This document shows positions 12,370 through 23,685 of a stretch of 50,382 bases of DNA, piece after piece (position 1 is the first letter of the stretch; each line of letters begins with the position of its first letter). The notes beneath the pieces are model-generated. The model did not search any database, was not told the DNA's origin, and saw only the letters and a list, made by a program, of their open reading frames with translations. Both the position numbers and the translations under genes were made by a program. The stretch comes from Octopus bimaculoides. Taxonomy: Eukaryota. The stretch is from positions 8,952,213 through 9,002,594 of the forward strand of contig NC_069001.1 of NCBI RefSeq assembly GCF_001194135.2, written 5' to 3'.

Positions 12370-12373
<4 letters not shown>
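12134..12373. mobile_element. Mariner-derived MITE (240 bp) with Hsmar1/cecropia-like TIRs and TA target duplication
   Basis: Left TIR ttgggttggtgcataattattgcggctttttt matches the reverse complement of the right end with 2 mismatches. TA flanks at 12132-12133 and 12374-12375. The interior encodes a transposase C-terminus RFDRLPSKW*AIVEVDGEYAPE* (12280-12212, minus). Confidence 0.88.
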
Positions 12374-12407
<34 letters not shown>

Positions 12408-12561
12408 CACACATATGTAACAATACATATCTATAAATCAATGCAGATGTATAAAGTATGCTTAAGCTATTGATTACAGATGGGTTATTTCAAGTTTCAT
12501 GTTGCGGTATGATAAATACGCGCGCGCGAACTCTATCTCTCTCTCTTACACACGCACACGA

Positions 12562-12604
<43 letters not shown>

Positions 12605-13310
12605 AACTATTGTCAATAGTTTGTATTTCAACTCATACGTTTATCCATTTGCATGTGTGTGAGGGTGTGATTATGTGTGTGTGTGTACGTGTGTATAGTT
12701 CAGGTTATATAATCAATAAGTATATCTAGCGTAAAATACGCTACAGACAACAAGTAACCGCGTCATTGAAACAAAACAGAATCAGCTGGAATATTTGATG
12801 ATGTAAGAAAGGACACGGCCTTGAGTTTCGCTATTAAATTGAGTCAGCAAATAAATTATAGTACAGTAATAATAGTTTGGGAAATAAACTGGTTTGTACA
12901 ATAAGATAAATTAGCATTTTGCTGCAATACATAGTTAATGAGTAAACGCAGACGTAGAGAGTCAAGCCAGATTAGTATTGTAATTTGTGGAGTCTTTTGC
13001 TGTCGTAGACGGCGGATGAGTGTACAGCGATTTCTTGCTGAGCAATTTGTACTGATGAGTTGTTTTGTTCAGATCCAATGTTTGTGCTATACATTGGCTC
13101 ACTCCATTCATCAAATCGACATTGTCTGTATGGTGTGTCACGTGTCAGGTGGCGAGCTGGCAGAAACGTTAGCATGCGAAAACTTGGATCACCGGATGCT
13201 TTTATAAAAGGCATCAACTTTAAATGCAGGGAAATCAAATTAGAATTAAAAAAAACATACAAAAATGTAAAGTGAATTGGATTAATTATAATGCAATAAA
13301 TTTTGCTTAC

Positions 13311-13497
13311 AATTCTTAGTCCTTGTAGTTGGTTATCAAGGTGACCATGCCTGGTTTTCCAGTCTGCAAGTTGTTTCTCAAGTTCTTGAACCTTCCTTCT
13401 TAGCATTTCACAGTCAGCAATACGTCGGGAGATGTCATCGTTCAGGGTGTCGACATTATTTTGGAGTTGGTCGTTCATATCATTAACATGACGCAGT
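13311..13497 (-). CDS. IF gene exon 2 (187 nt): coil 1B including the lamin-type extra heptads
   Basis: Acceptor ttccattgcag|A completes CAA (Gln). Translation LRHVNDMNDQLQNNVDTLNDD...DNQLQGLRI. Donor ATT|gtaagc. Confidence 0.92.
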
Positions 13498-13571
13498 CTG
13501 CAATGGAAATAGCAAATCACGAATAAACATGTGTTGTGGGATAAAAATAATGAAGGTTATTATAAACATAG

Positions 13572-14180
13572 GAGCAGGCATGGCTGTATGGTTAAAATGC
13601 TCACATTGCAGCCATGTGGTTTCGGGTTCAGTGCCAGTGAGCGGCACCTTGGTCAATGTGTTTTTTACTATGGTCTGAGATAGACTAATGCTTTGTGAGT
13701 AAATTTGGTTGACAGAAATTTAGTGGAAGGCGGCGAGCTGGCAGAAACGTTAGCGGTATTTCGTCTGCCGCTACGTTCTGAGTTCAAATTCCGTCGAGGT
13801 CGACTTTGCCTTTCATCCTTTCGGGGTCGATTAAATTTGTACCACTTACGCACTAGGGTCGATATAATCGACAATCCGTATGTCTGTCCTTGTTTGTCCC
13901 CTCTGTGTGTAGCCCCCTTGTGGGCAGTAAATAAATTGAGTGGAAGCTCGTCATAAATATATATATATATGTAACGTGTGTATATATATATGTGTGTGTG
14001 TGTATGTATATGTATATACATATATAAATGTGTATGTGTGTGCCTTTGTGTTTGCTCCACCAATGCCTGACAACCGGTGTTGGTCTTGTTTGTGTCCCTG
14101 TAATTTAGGACATCAGTAAAAAAAAAATCGATAGAATAAGTACAACACTTGAGAAAAAAATATTACTGGGGTCGTCGATT
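13572..14180 (+). mobile_element. SINE family B copy interrupted by a family A copy (13730-13938, tail type 2) with an 8-bp target-site duplication
   Basis: AGTGGAAG at 13722-13729 and 13939-13946. Removing the insert restores the family B segment corresponding to gacggaaactgaaagaagcccgtcg. Confidence 0.85.
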
Positions 14181-15716
14181 TGTCTGGAATATGTCTGAAA
14201 TGTAATGAAAAACATGTCTGTTTCAAAACATGATGTCCAAGTCACAAAAGCAAAGTTTGAAGGGAATAGTAGTCATTTCCTTTGATTTCTATATTGAAGC
14301 AAATAAGAAAAAAATACTTACTGATCAAAGACAATAAACGAATAAAAATTTTGTCACACAGTGTTATGAGTGAGACATGGAAAAAATAAACAGAACGAGA
14401 CTGTCTCGTGTGGAATGATTTGGAAAGTATAAACTTGCATTCTATAACTAAACGACTTCAATAACGGACACTATTGTTATTTAAATTGTGTGTGGTTGTT
14501 GTTGTTGTTGTAGTAGTTTTTACTGAAGTTGTTATTCAGAAAAACCTATTATCAATGTCTTTCCAGACACGATCAATTCATCTTTACCAGAATACACAAT
14601 ACAAAGCATCCTTTTTTTCCTTCTTTTTGAGCCGTTAAAGTATGATTTGAGGGAGATTTGGCTGTTCTTTCTGGCAGGTCGCACGGCTACATGAACAATT
14701 CTTCTTTTGCTCGTGTTATCTTTTGTTGTTTTGTGGTTAAATTTAGGTGAGGCCTCCATGCATTGCATTAAGAACTAAGTATTGGTTGGTAATATAAAAA
14801 TGCGTTTAGCACTCAACACAAAGCACTAAAACCTATCTCGTCGTGAATTTTAATATGCTTTATAGCAATAAACATCAATTTAACCACACCCACTCTTTAT
14901 CATATGTCACAGTAACAACTTAAAGTGACATAACCACTCCCAAAACAGCGAATAAACTCATTTACCAAGCACTTCTCTCAAATTAAATGATCAACGTATC
15001 TCTGAATTCTTCTTAATCAAGAAGCCACGTTATGCTATATCAATTCTAAAAATTTAGCACCCACCCAAAGAAATACCGTACAGAAGCAATCGCCCTCCTT
15101 CCCTCACTTAAAAACAAACCACTGAAAGACTCATTCTTAATATCACCAAGCTACATTTAACACTTTCTGTATTGAGACGACTACAATGAATCGCTATGCT
15201 TCTTACCGTAGAAAGAAATACGCCAGTTTCAACAACGAAATACATTATTCAACCTATCACCAAGACTTCGACTTTCGACTCTGTTTCTCCATTCATGGTA
15301 TCACCGTATTGACCAGACCATCGGATGTGATTATACATCGCTGGTCACAATGAGCTTTGTGACATCCGAATGGTGGAATGGAACAAAGCGAAACGAAGTG
15401 TTTTGTTCAAGAACATAACGCGGAATCGAACCCACGATCTAGCGACCGTGAATGCAACACTAACCACGAGACCGTGTGTCTTCACCTATTTCTCCATTAC
15501 CCAAGTATAAAGAAAAACATTAAACACACCCTTTGAAACAAGATAAAATGTTGCCTGGCAAAATATCTCTCATGTTACAAAGTTTATACAATAACCTTAA
15601 CAACATATTCCAAAACTCTAATATTTCCAACAGATTCGTCCTTTCACTTAATCTCTTTGATTCATATGTACGCAACATTCTCCCTATTCTCATAGAAAAT
15701 CATACACACAAACAAT

Positions 15717-15931
15717 ATTCTTTTCTACTCTATGTACAAGGCCCAAAAATTTGGGGGGAGGGGGCCAGTCGATTAGATCGATCTCAGTACGCAACTGGTA
15801 CTTAATTTATCAACCCCGAAAGAATGAAAGGCAAAGTCGACCTCGGCGGAATTTGAACTCAGAACGTAAAGACAGACGAAATACCGCTCAACATTTCGCC
15901 CGGCGTGCTAACGTTTCTACCACCTCGCAGC
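15717..15931 (-). mobile_element. SINE family A, full-length, tail type 1
   Basis: Close to the reverse complement of 6778-6997. Partial copies of family A also occur at 16955-17087 and 19528-19680 (both minus). Confidence 0.9.
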
Positions 15932-16224
15932 CTACATACAAACAGTATTACAGTTATCTCTTCGCAGTGTTGCTCAAAGATGAATGCAGGCATCAATGTG
16001 TGGTTAAGAAGATCTTGCAAGTNNNNNNNNNNNNNNNNNNNNNNNNNNNNNNNNNNNNNNNNNNNNNNNNNNNNNNNNNNNNNNNNNNNNNNNNNNNNNN
16101 NNNNNNNNNNNNNNNNNNNNNNNNNNNNNNNNNNNNNNNNNNNNNNNNNNNNNNNNNNNNNNNNNNNNNNNNNNNNNNNNNNNNNNNNNNNNNNNNNNNN
16201 NNNNNNNNNNNTATATATATATAG

Positions 16225-16437
16225 AGGCGTGTGTGTGAGTCGTGTTTGTTTCTCACCACTGTTTGACAACCGGTGCTTGTTTGTTTATGTTCTAGTAACA
16301 TGGTGGTTCTATAAAAGAGAATGGTAGAATAAACACCAGATTTAAAAAATTAGTACTGGGGTCAATTTGCTTGTTGAAACCCTTGAAGGCGGTGTCCCAG
16401 CATGACCGCAGTCCAATGACTGAAACGAATAAAAAAG
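16225..16437 (+). mobile_element. SINE family B, 3' half, next to an assembly gap
   Basis: tttgacaaccggtgcttg...ggggtcaatttg...aaggcggtgtcccagcatgaccgcagtccaatgactgaaac. Confidence 0.75.
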
Positions 16438-16454
16438 TAAAAACTAAAACATTC

Positions 16455-16590
16455 CCGAGTTCCTTTGACCCGTCCAGCATGGTGGGATCTTCCAGAAGCT
16501 TGCAATCCACTGGCATAGCTCTCAGGGTTGGTGAAACATACAAGCCGCCGCATTACAACAAGGGCTGAACCTTGTGGTGGCAATCCCTTT
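16455..16590 (-). mobile_element. RTE LINE 5'-UTR fragment
   Basis: ccttgttgtaatgcggcggcttgtatgtttcaccaaccctgagagctatgcc...ccaccatgctggacgggtcaaagg resembles the conserved 5' UTR of RTE/BovB-type elements (from recall). Confidence 0.5.
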
Positions 16591-17154
16591 AGACTTACTT
16601 TATTTATCGACTTCCTGAAGAACGGAAAAAAACTAACCTCGGTAGGATTTGAACGGTGAACACAAGAAATCAGAATAAAAAGTGCAAAGCATTTCACTCG
16701 ATACTGCAAAATCTCAAGCTATTCTGTGCATAGGCCAATAGATCACACCTATCAGTCAACTACATAAGGAGGCAACAATGCTAAATGTGAAAGACAACTG
16801 AGGTATATGTGGATCATAGTTCGCTGTTGCAGCTGACTCCAAGCCTCTCAGTCCCCTTCACAAAGAATGCAATCAATTCGTAACACACGGAAAACTGACA
16901 ATGTCCAGAAAGCACAACATTATTCTAAATACGCTATTTCAACTAAAATTCCTAGATTAGATCGACCCCAGTACGCACTGGTACTTAATTTATCAACCCC
17001 GAAAGAATGAAAGGCAAAGTCGACCTCGGCGGAATTTGAACTCAGAACGTAAAGAAAGACGAAATATCGCTCAACATTTCGCCCGGCAGGGTACAAACAC
17101 AGATCCAAAGACATTAGCGCGCACGTACAAACATAGACCCAAAGACTCGCACAT

Positions 17155-17338
17155 ATATAAATACACGATAGGCTTCTTTTAGTTTCTGTCAACTAAATCC
17201 ACTCAAGAAAGCTTTGGTTGGTCCGAAGCTATACTAGAAGATATTTTGCTCAAGTTGTCACGGTGCCACGCAGTGGAACTGAACTTGGAACCATGTAGTT
17301 GGGAAGCAAACTTCTTACCACACAGCCACGCCTGCGTC
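17155..17338 (-). mobile_element. SINE family B, 5' half
   Basis: Reverse complement gacgcaggcgtggctgtgtggtaagaagtttgcttcccaactacatggttccaagttcagttccactgcgtggcacc. Confidence 0.8.
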
Positions 17339-18449
17339 TAAGAACAATTCGATATTTGGTTTCGCTGTTTCCTACTGAAGTAAAAGCTAGGTAGCAGTAC
17401 GTTTCTCACTTCCCCCTTACGCCAGCCTTGATTTCCTTGCAAAAAGGTGGTAGACGCAAGCTGTCTTTTCCCATTGACCAAATTGCAGAACTAAAAACCC
17501 GTTTATCATGAAGAGAGATTCTTTAAGCTTAATGAAAAATAAACTAATACTTCGTCTAACTTTATTCTAAAATGAAACAGAATTGTAGTAATAGCAAGCA
17601 ACAGTAACAAATAAAACCATTATTGTCATTATATGAACGTTTTGTGAGCATACGAATGAAATGGGTAAGAACTTGTACACTTAAATGAGAATTTCTTCTA
17701 TCGTATACAACTGTGCTCTCCTTCACCTTCATATTACTTCTTAGAAGAAGCTCTACTCCTCCCTCACCGGTAGTTCGATTCCATTATCACCATCTGCACC
17801 ATCATCTCTGCCACTACCGCTCCTACACGACAATGAAGCAGCTATAGGAATTAAGGTGGACATGTTACGACAAGCAGTATCAGTTAAAATACTTGGATTT
17901 TTCAGGTGAAGAAGGAATAAAACACAAGTCTAGTCCTGAAATTTGAACTCTATGGCTAGCAGCCAATTACACAAGGGACTATAACATAGACACCATACAA
18001 ATATTTTAAGTGGTTAACTATGCAAATAGCTAATACCGTTAATGCTATTCAGAAAAGTACACATAAACAAAGAAACAAGAACACTCATATGGCAAAACAC
18101 GCGTACACGCAATATCATTTACACACACGCCTCTTAAACGCTTATAAATCTGAAATGTCATACATGCGTAAAAGAAATTGTTGGAGTTGTTATTTTTAAT
18201 CTCGATTGAGCTAGTCTATAATGGAAAGGATTCCAACCATGACCATCATGTCTCTTTTATTCAGGCGTAGTATAATCCCCGTCTATATTTATTCAAAGTG
18301 TTTTTATTTCAAAACTGTAGGGTCTGATCTGAGAGAGATGGGTGCGCTTTCTATCCTATCAAGGGACCAGGTGGAAATTCACTGGCTCGTTCGTGACTGT
18401 TCATCCATATAAACGTATGTGTGTATTCATATGAACGAGTATAGAAGTC

Positions 18450-18776
18450 CAGTGTTACCTCGCTTTACGAATTTAATTCGTTTCTGAAGACTGCTTCTCA
18501 ACCGTAATGTTCGTAAACCAAAACTATTTTTCCCATAGGAAATTCAAGAGAACGCACGGTGAATTTGAGCAGGGATGTGCACTGAGCAAAAAGCTACACA
18601 GCAATTGACACTCTCCCGATGATACTCCCAGATTGTCGCCGACCGTTGTTGCCGGTTTTCCTGTTCGTTACTAGAGATGAGACACCGCTCATCACCTGAA
18701 ACGTTTTATGATCGAAAAATTGTCCGTAAACCAATTTGTTCATGATGAGAGACGTTCGTAAACCAAGATTCCACAG
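18450..18776. mobile_element. Tigger/pogo-like MITE
   Basis: Imperfect terminal inverted repeats cagtgttacctcgctttacgaat and gttcgtaaaccaagattccacag, with TA on the right and an internal repeat of gttcgtaaacc. Confidence 0.5.
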
Positions 18777-18801
18777 TATGCATGTATGTATGTATAAAAA
18801 A

Positions 18802-18837
<36 letters not shown>

Positions 18838-19749
18838 CTGCAGAATCTGACTTCAGTTACAAGAATCAGAAACGGAGTATGGCAAGAACCTGAACTGAAT
18901 CTTGTGCAAAAAAAAAAAAAATGGGAAGAACAACAAATCATTTTTGCTTTATAGATTTACTTTTGCTTTTCCGTATCACACTAATAATGAGCATGTGTTA
19001 CTCCATGTCAACTCTAAACGAGGAGACATCTGATCAAAAGTATTATGACCATGACGCTTTTATTATCGCCGAAGAATCCAGTCTGTTTAATTTGTAACGA
19101 ATATTTAACGAATGAAAACACGAACCATGCNNNNNNNNNNNNNNNNNNNNNNNNNNNNNNNNNNNNNNNNNNNNNNNNNNNNNNNNNNNNNNNNNNNNNN
19201 NNNNNNNNNNNNNNNNNNNNNNNNNNNNNNNNNNNNNNNNNNNNNNNNNNNNNNNNNNNNNNNNNNNNNNNNNNNNNNNNNNNNNNNNNNNNNNNNNNNN
19301 NTTATAAATGCTTAAGGGAGTGTTCGTCACTGTTTTTGTTTTGTTTTTTAGTGGTCGACATTATCATAACACAGTCCATGAAAAGCGCTCGATCTTTGGG
19401 ATCAGTTGGAGACAGAATAGACAGACGGCTCTTTGCAGACAAAAAGGTTTGCTTACTGATACCCCTGAAATCATGCAAATGATGACAAGTCTTTGTCATC
19501 AGCTTCCGATTTGGTCTCCGTATTAATTATTCTTTTCTACTCTAGGCACAAGGCCCGAAATTTTGGGGAGGGGGCCAGTCGATTAGATCGACCCCAGTAC
19601 GCAACTGGTACTTAATTTATCGACTCCCGAAAGGATGAAAGGCAAAGTCGACCCTGGCAGAATTTGAACTGAGAACGTGAACTCCGTATTAAGTATTAAA
19701 AGACAAAAGCTTTATAAATAAGCGAAAATCAACTCAACCCTCGGAGGAC

Positions 19750-20310
19750 AAAATATTAAATTTGTCGATTATTTTAAACACCTAAGCAGTAACATTTACC
19801 TAAGCAGTAACATTTACCGAAACTGAGAAGCAGAAATTGATGTCATGACTAGACTTGGTAAAGCGATGGCAGTTTTCCAACGATCGAGACGAAAACAGTC
19901 ATGCTCTTTCATTCGCCAACGGATTAAATTTCGTCTTAACGCATCTGTTGGTATTCTTACGGCATTGTATACAAATAAAACATGGAGGCGATGGTGAACG
20001 TTTTTCATCACCGGTGCCTTAGGTATATCTTGAAGACCATATCACAAACGGTGAAATCAAGAGAAGAGCTGGCCTAAGTAAACTGCAAGACACCATCACA
20101 TCTCGACGAAGGAAGCTGCTTGGTTATGTATTGGGCTTACCATTGGAGAGACCATCGAGCGGAGAATTAAAAGATGAAGGCGAAAGTGAGGAAGAGCAGT
20201 GAAAACGTGACAAAAGACTGTGAATAGAAGGGTTCAGTGTGGCTCAGAATATTGCCGCTTGGAGAACATTCATTGCTCAGTGCTCTTTGAGCGAACGGAG
20301 ACAAGAAAAA
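19750..20310 (+). mobile_element. Degenerate RTE LINE 3' fragment
   Basis: Pieces AEIDVMTRLGKAMAVFQR, RLNVFHHRCLRYIL and HITNGEIKRRAGLSKLQDTITSRRRKLLGYVL. Internal tandem duplication of cctaagcagtaacattta near 19780-19817. Confidence 0.75.
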
Positions 20311-20339
20311 TTACAAGATATACGTGATTAGTAAAAAAA

Positions 20340-21150
20340 CATAATTGTCTGTAGCAGACGGAATCACAGAAATTATCCACAGAAAGACATATGCTGGTAA
20401 ATTGAGAAAAATTCTACCTTAATTGATATGCTATAAAAAAAAATTGCAGAAAACAGTGATAACAGTTTGTGTAAATTACTGAAAAAATTAATGGAAGTAA
20501 TACATTTGTTATTCCGTTAAACGAATCTTCCGACGATACAAATACGGCTTTACTATAAGTATTTGCCTGATATTTGTATGAAAACAGTGTGCATAAAGAT
20601 TGCTGTTTTGTTGGTCATTACATGGATGTACAGCGATTGAAGGTATTTTCTTCAAGGTGGACGATTTTCATGAAGAAGTCGGTCAGAAACTGAACAACAG
20701 CATTGACGAAGAAAGCGTATAGTTTTAAGCTAAAATTAAACCCGAGAGTAATGCACTTGCTGCATTTAGTGCTTTTATATTATCAATCCGACATATTTGA
20801 AATAGCAGCCAAATCTCACTCTTAAGATACCTTACTGTTTTAAAAAGAGAGTACATTAGATAATATAGTTTTACTTTATAAAACCGGATAGCCACGGTTG
20901 GAATAGATTTTATCGTTCTTTTTCATAAGGCTGATTGTGAAATCAAAATATTTAATACTGAGTGAATTAACAAAGGTTTTTCTACCATTTTTTGTCACCA
21001 TATTTGTGTTTTCAGTTTTGACAGCAATAGAGACAAAATACTGCATAGCCATTAAGAGGTAAAATTATTGAAGGCATTGTACTTTTAAATTGAATAAGTA
21101 TAGGTTATCACATACAAACAATTACGAACATGCTCATATTTATTGATGAA
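20340..21150 (+). mobile_element. hAT-Charlie (ZBED5/SCAND3-like) transposase remnant, internally deleted
   Basis: FVIPLNESSDDTNTALL*VFA*YLYENSVHKD/LLFCWSLHGCTAIEGIFFKVDDF (cf. FALQLDESTD...FVRY...EDLLFC) and the C-terminal dimerisation piece LSELTKVFLPFFVTIFVFSVLTAIETKY. An old SINE-like repeat interrupts it at about 20795-20935. Confidence 0.6.
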
Positions 21151-21296
21151 TAATTTGCAAATTTGCTTCATTCATAGTTTGAAATCTTCAGAGCGTTAGA
21201 AAAATGACCATTGAGGTTTGGAGGTGCATATATGTTTGTTAAGGAGAGGGATAGTAAGAAGAAATTGAAGAGGGAAAGTGAATGAGAAGTAAGAGT

Positions 21297-21946
21297 GAGA
21301 GCCGCATCTCTATTACACTCAGAATGGGAGCCGGCGTCTGTAGGAAACTGAGATGCCGCTATGCTAACCCCTTCGACCCCACAGATCTTCACGGTCGCCT
21401 TGCCGCCTAAATGCTGGTCGCTTCGCTTGTCACACCGAGCTAAGCCTAATCATTAAGCGGGCCTTGGCTCGGATTAATATCCCTTCAGTTCTGGAGCCAC
21501 AGGAGTTCTCCAGAAGTGATGGAAAGAGACCAGATGGTTTTACCCTCTGTTCCTGGACTAGAGGCTGATGCCTCATTTGGGACGTCACAGTCTGCGACTT
21601 CTTTGCTTGCTCCTTCCCACATCTTGGAGGCTACAGTTAATGGGAGGGTCACTGCTTCCGTAGCTGAGCGGAAGAAAACCCTGAAGTATCGGGACTCGAC
21701 AGTGAACCATCACTTCCAACCTGTGGCGTTTGAGATGTTCGGAGGAACTGGGCCACTAACCGTGAAGTTCTTGTCAACGTTGGCAGCCTGCCTCACCGAG
21801 GAGTCAGGTGATGCTTGCGAAAGCGCTTAGCTTTCCCAATGCCTTAACCTCGCCATCGCCTGTGGTAATGCTGCGAGCGTGCTGGCTTGCCTCAGTAGGT
21901 TCCATTAAACCTTGTGGTATGCAACCAGTTGGTGTGATAAAAAAAA
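21297..21946 (+). mobile_element. 3' end of a CRE-like non-LTR retrotransposon (zinc knuckle plus restriction-like endonuclease), pseudogenised, with short A tail
   Basis: RISITLRMGAGVCRKLRC...LHG / CRLNAGRFACHTELSLIIKRALARINIPSVLEPQEFSRSDGKRPDGFTLCSWTRG*CLIWDVTVCD / AERKKTLKY...FQPVAFEMFG...LNLAIACGNAASVLA. Two frameshifts and in-frame stops. GC-rich relative to flanks. gataaaaaaaa at the 3' end. Confidence 0.8.
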
Positions 21947-22474
21947 TCCCCACAAATAGTTTCAATACAGTTTTAACAGAAGGATTTGGAAGAATTAGAT
22001 GAAAGTTTTCCAGTAATTTTCCTTCATGTAAATAAATGTTTATGTTAATTCAAAAATTTGCCAGCAAAATCTTAGAAAATGACAATATTCTAAAAGATGT
22101 GCTTGTTTATATTATATATGAAAATAAAGAATTTATATATACTATGTTCGGATAAAAACTAAAGGCAAATAGATTGGTCAATTGAATGTTTCTTATATTT
22201 TGATGCACAGATATATATGTGCTTTTACATATATGTGTACATACATGCATGACTAGACAATCGTGAATATTTCTTGATTATATATAGTGCTTATTTATTA
22301 TCACCTAAATGATTTATTTATGTTTGTCTTAATTATGCCCAATTTCTTACCTGGCGTCAGAGATTCACATACAAGTTCGTGTGGTTATTATTTCAGAAGT
22401 TTAAAAGTGATTTTTACTTTATCATTTTGCTGTATATTGGAATTGCCTCTAAATTTATGAATAGTATTGTCAGT

Positions 22475-22553
22475 TTAACCTAAATTTATTCCTTTTATTC
22501 AAGCTAAATATATCTTAACCCAAATTTATTCTTTTATTAAGCTAAATATATTT
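22475..22553. repeat. Tandem duplication, 2 x about 39 nt
   Basis: ttaacc(t/c)aaatttatt..ttttatt(c)aagctaaatatat occurs twice. Confidence 0.8.
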
Positions 22554-22559
22554 AGTAAT

Positions 22560-22900
22560 ATTCTCACGGCATTTAAATGGCTTGTTTCCAGTGAGAGATG
22601 GCTCAACGAATAGTATTACACGGTCACTCGTTCTAACGTTTTTCTCAAACACATTTTAAAAGCATTCTACGGATCTTGTTAAATTTCTCTGAACCACTTG
22701 GAATATATTCAAATATATTCGGATATTTTTTTTCGAATTTTCTGCATCGATGTAACTTTCTAGGAAGAAAAAAAAAATTGAATGCGTTTTCCGTTTTCAA
22801 CATGTAAAACTACAATTTTTGAAAATAATCTGGTGAAAAATTGAAATATTTGAAGTGGTTGGAAGAAAATTAACAAGATTCCATTCTGTCAACACCCATG
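22560..22900 (-). mobile_element. Possible decayed Tc1/mariner 5' end
   Basis: Terminus tatacatgggtgttgacag and frameshifted pieces resembling ESYI...RKF.KKYP...KFNK..GSV. Weak. Confidence 0.3.
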
Positions 22901-23370
22901 TATAGTTTTCAATATTTAGCTAATATTTTAATATTCGTAGTTTAACCAATGAATATCGTTAGATAGCAGTTTAACCGAATTAGAAATTTCCTCAACCAAG
23001 AACATGGTAGTCCAAACTAATCTAATATTTTTCAGCAATCTAAAGATTATAAATTGTCATATGTACTGTGAACAGCGGGAATTAAAGTGATGACTTGCAT
23101 ATTTATTCTTAAACGTTCGGGCAGAGTTGAACGTGCATATTCTCATCGCTGTTTTGTTTTGTTACTGAAGAGCGATTTCTATTATCCATTACAAATTCAT
23201 GGTAAATTTTCTTCATCTATTTTTCTATTTACTAATGCACGGTAGTCTAAACAAACTTAATATCTTCATATCTAACGTGTCAAATCTCATTCTGTATAAC
23301 TTTACACATTTTTTATTACTTAAAATTTGATTACCAACACATGCACTTAATATTTTAGCAGAGTCATTAA

Positions 23371-23676
23371 TTGCTAAGCGGTATTTCTTCTAACTTCACG
23401 TTCTGAGTTCAAATACCGCGGCGGACGGAGTGGGGTCGATTTTGCCTTTCATCCCTTTGAGGTTGATAAAAATCGGTGCCAGATGAGCAACGTGTGGTAA
23501 GAAGCTTGTTTCCCAACCACATGGTTCCACGTTCACTCCCACTGCGTGGCACCTTGGGCAAGTGTCTTCTACTATAGCCTCGGGCAGCCCAAAGCCTTGT
23601 TGAGCACTGGGGTCGATGTAATCGACTTAGACCCCTCCTCTGAAATAGCTAGCCTTGTGCCAAAATTTGAAACTAA
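23371..23676 (+). mobile_element. Chimeric SINE: family A copy with a 111-nt family B head fragment (23490-23600) inserted
   Basis: The family A sequence stops at ...ccagatgagca and resumes at tgagcactggggtcgatg. TGAGCA occurs on both sides (23484-23489 and 23601-23606). Confidence 0.75.
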
Positions 23677-23685
23677 TACTTTAGC

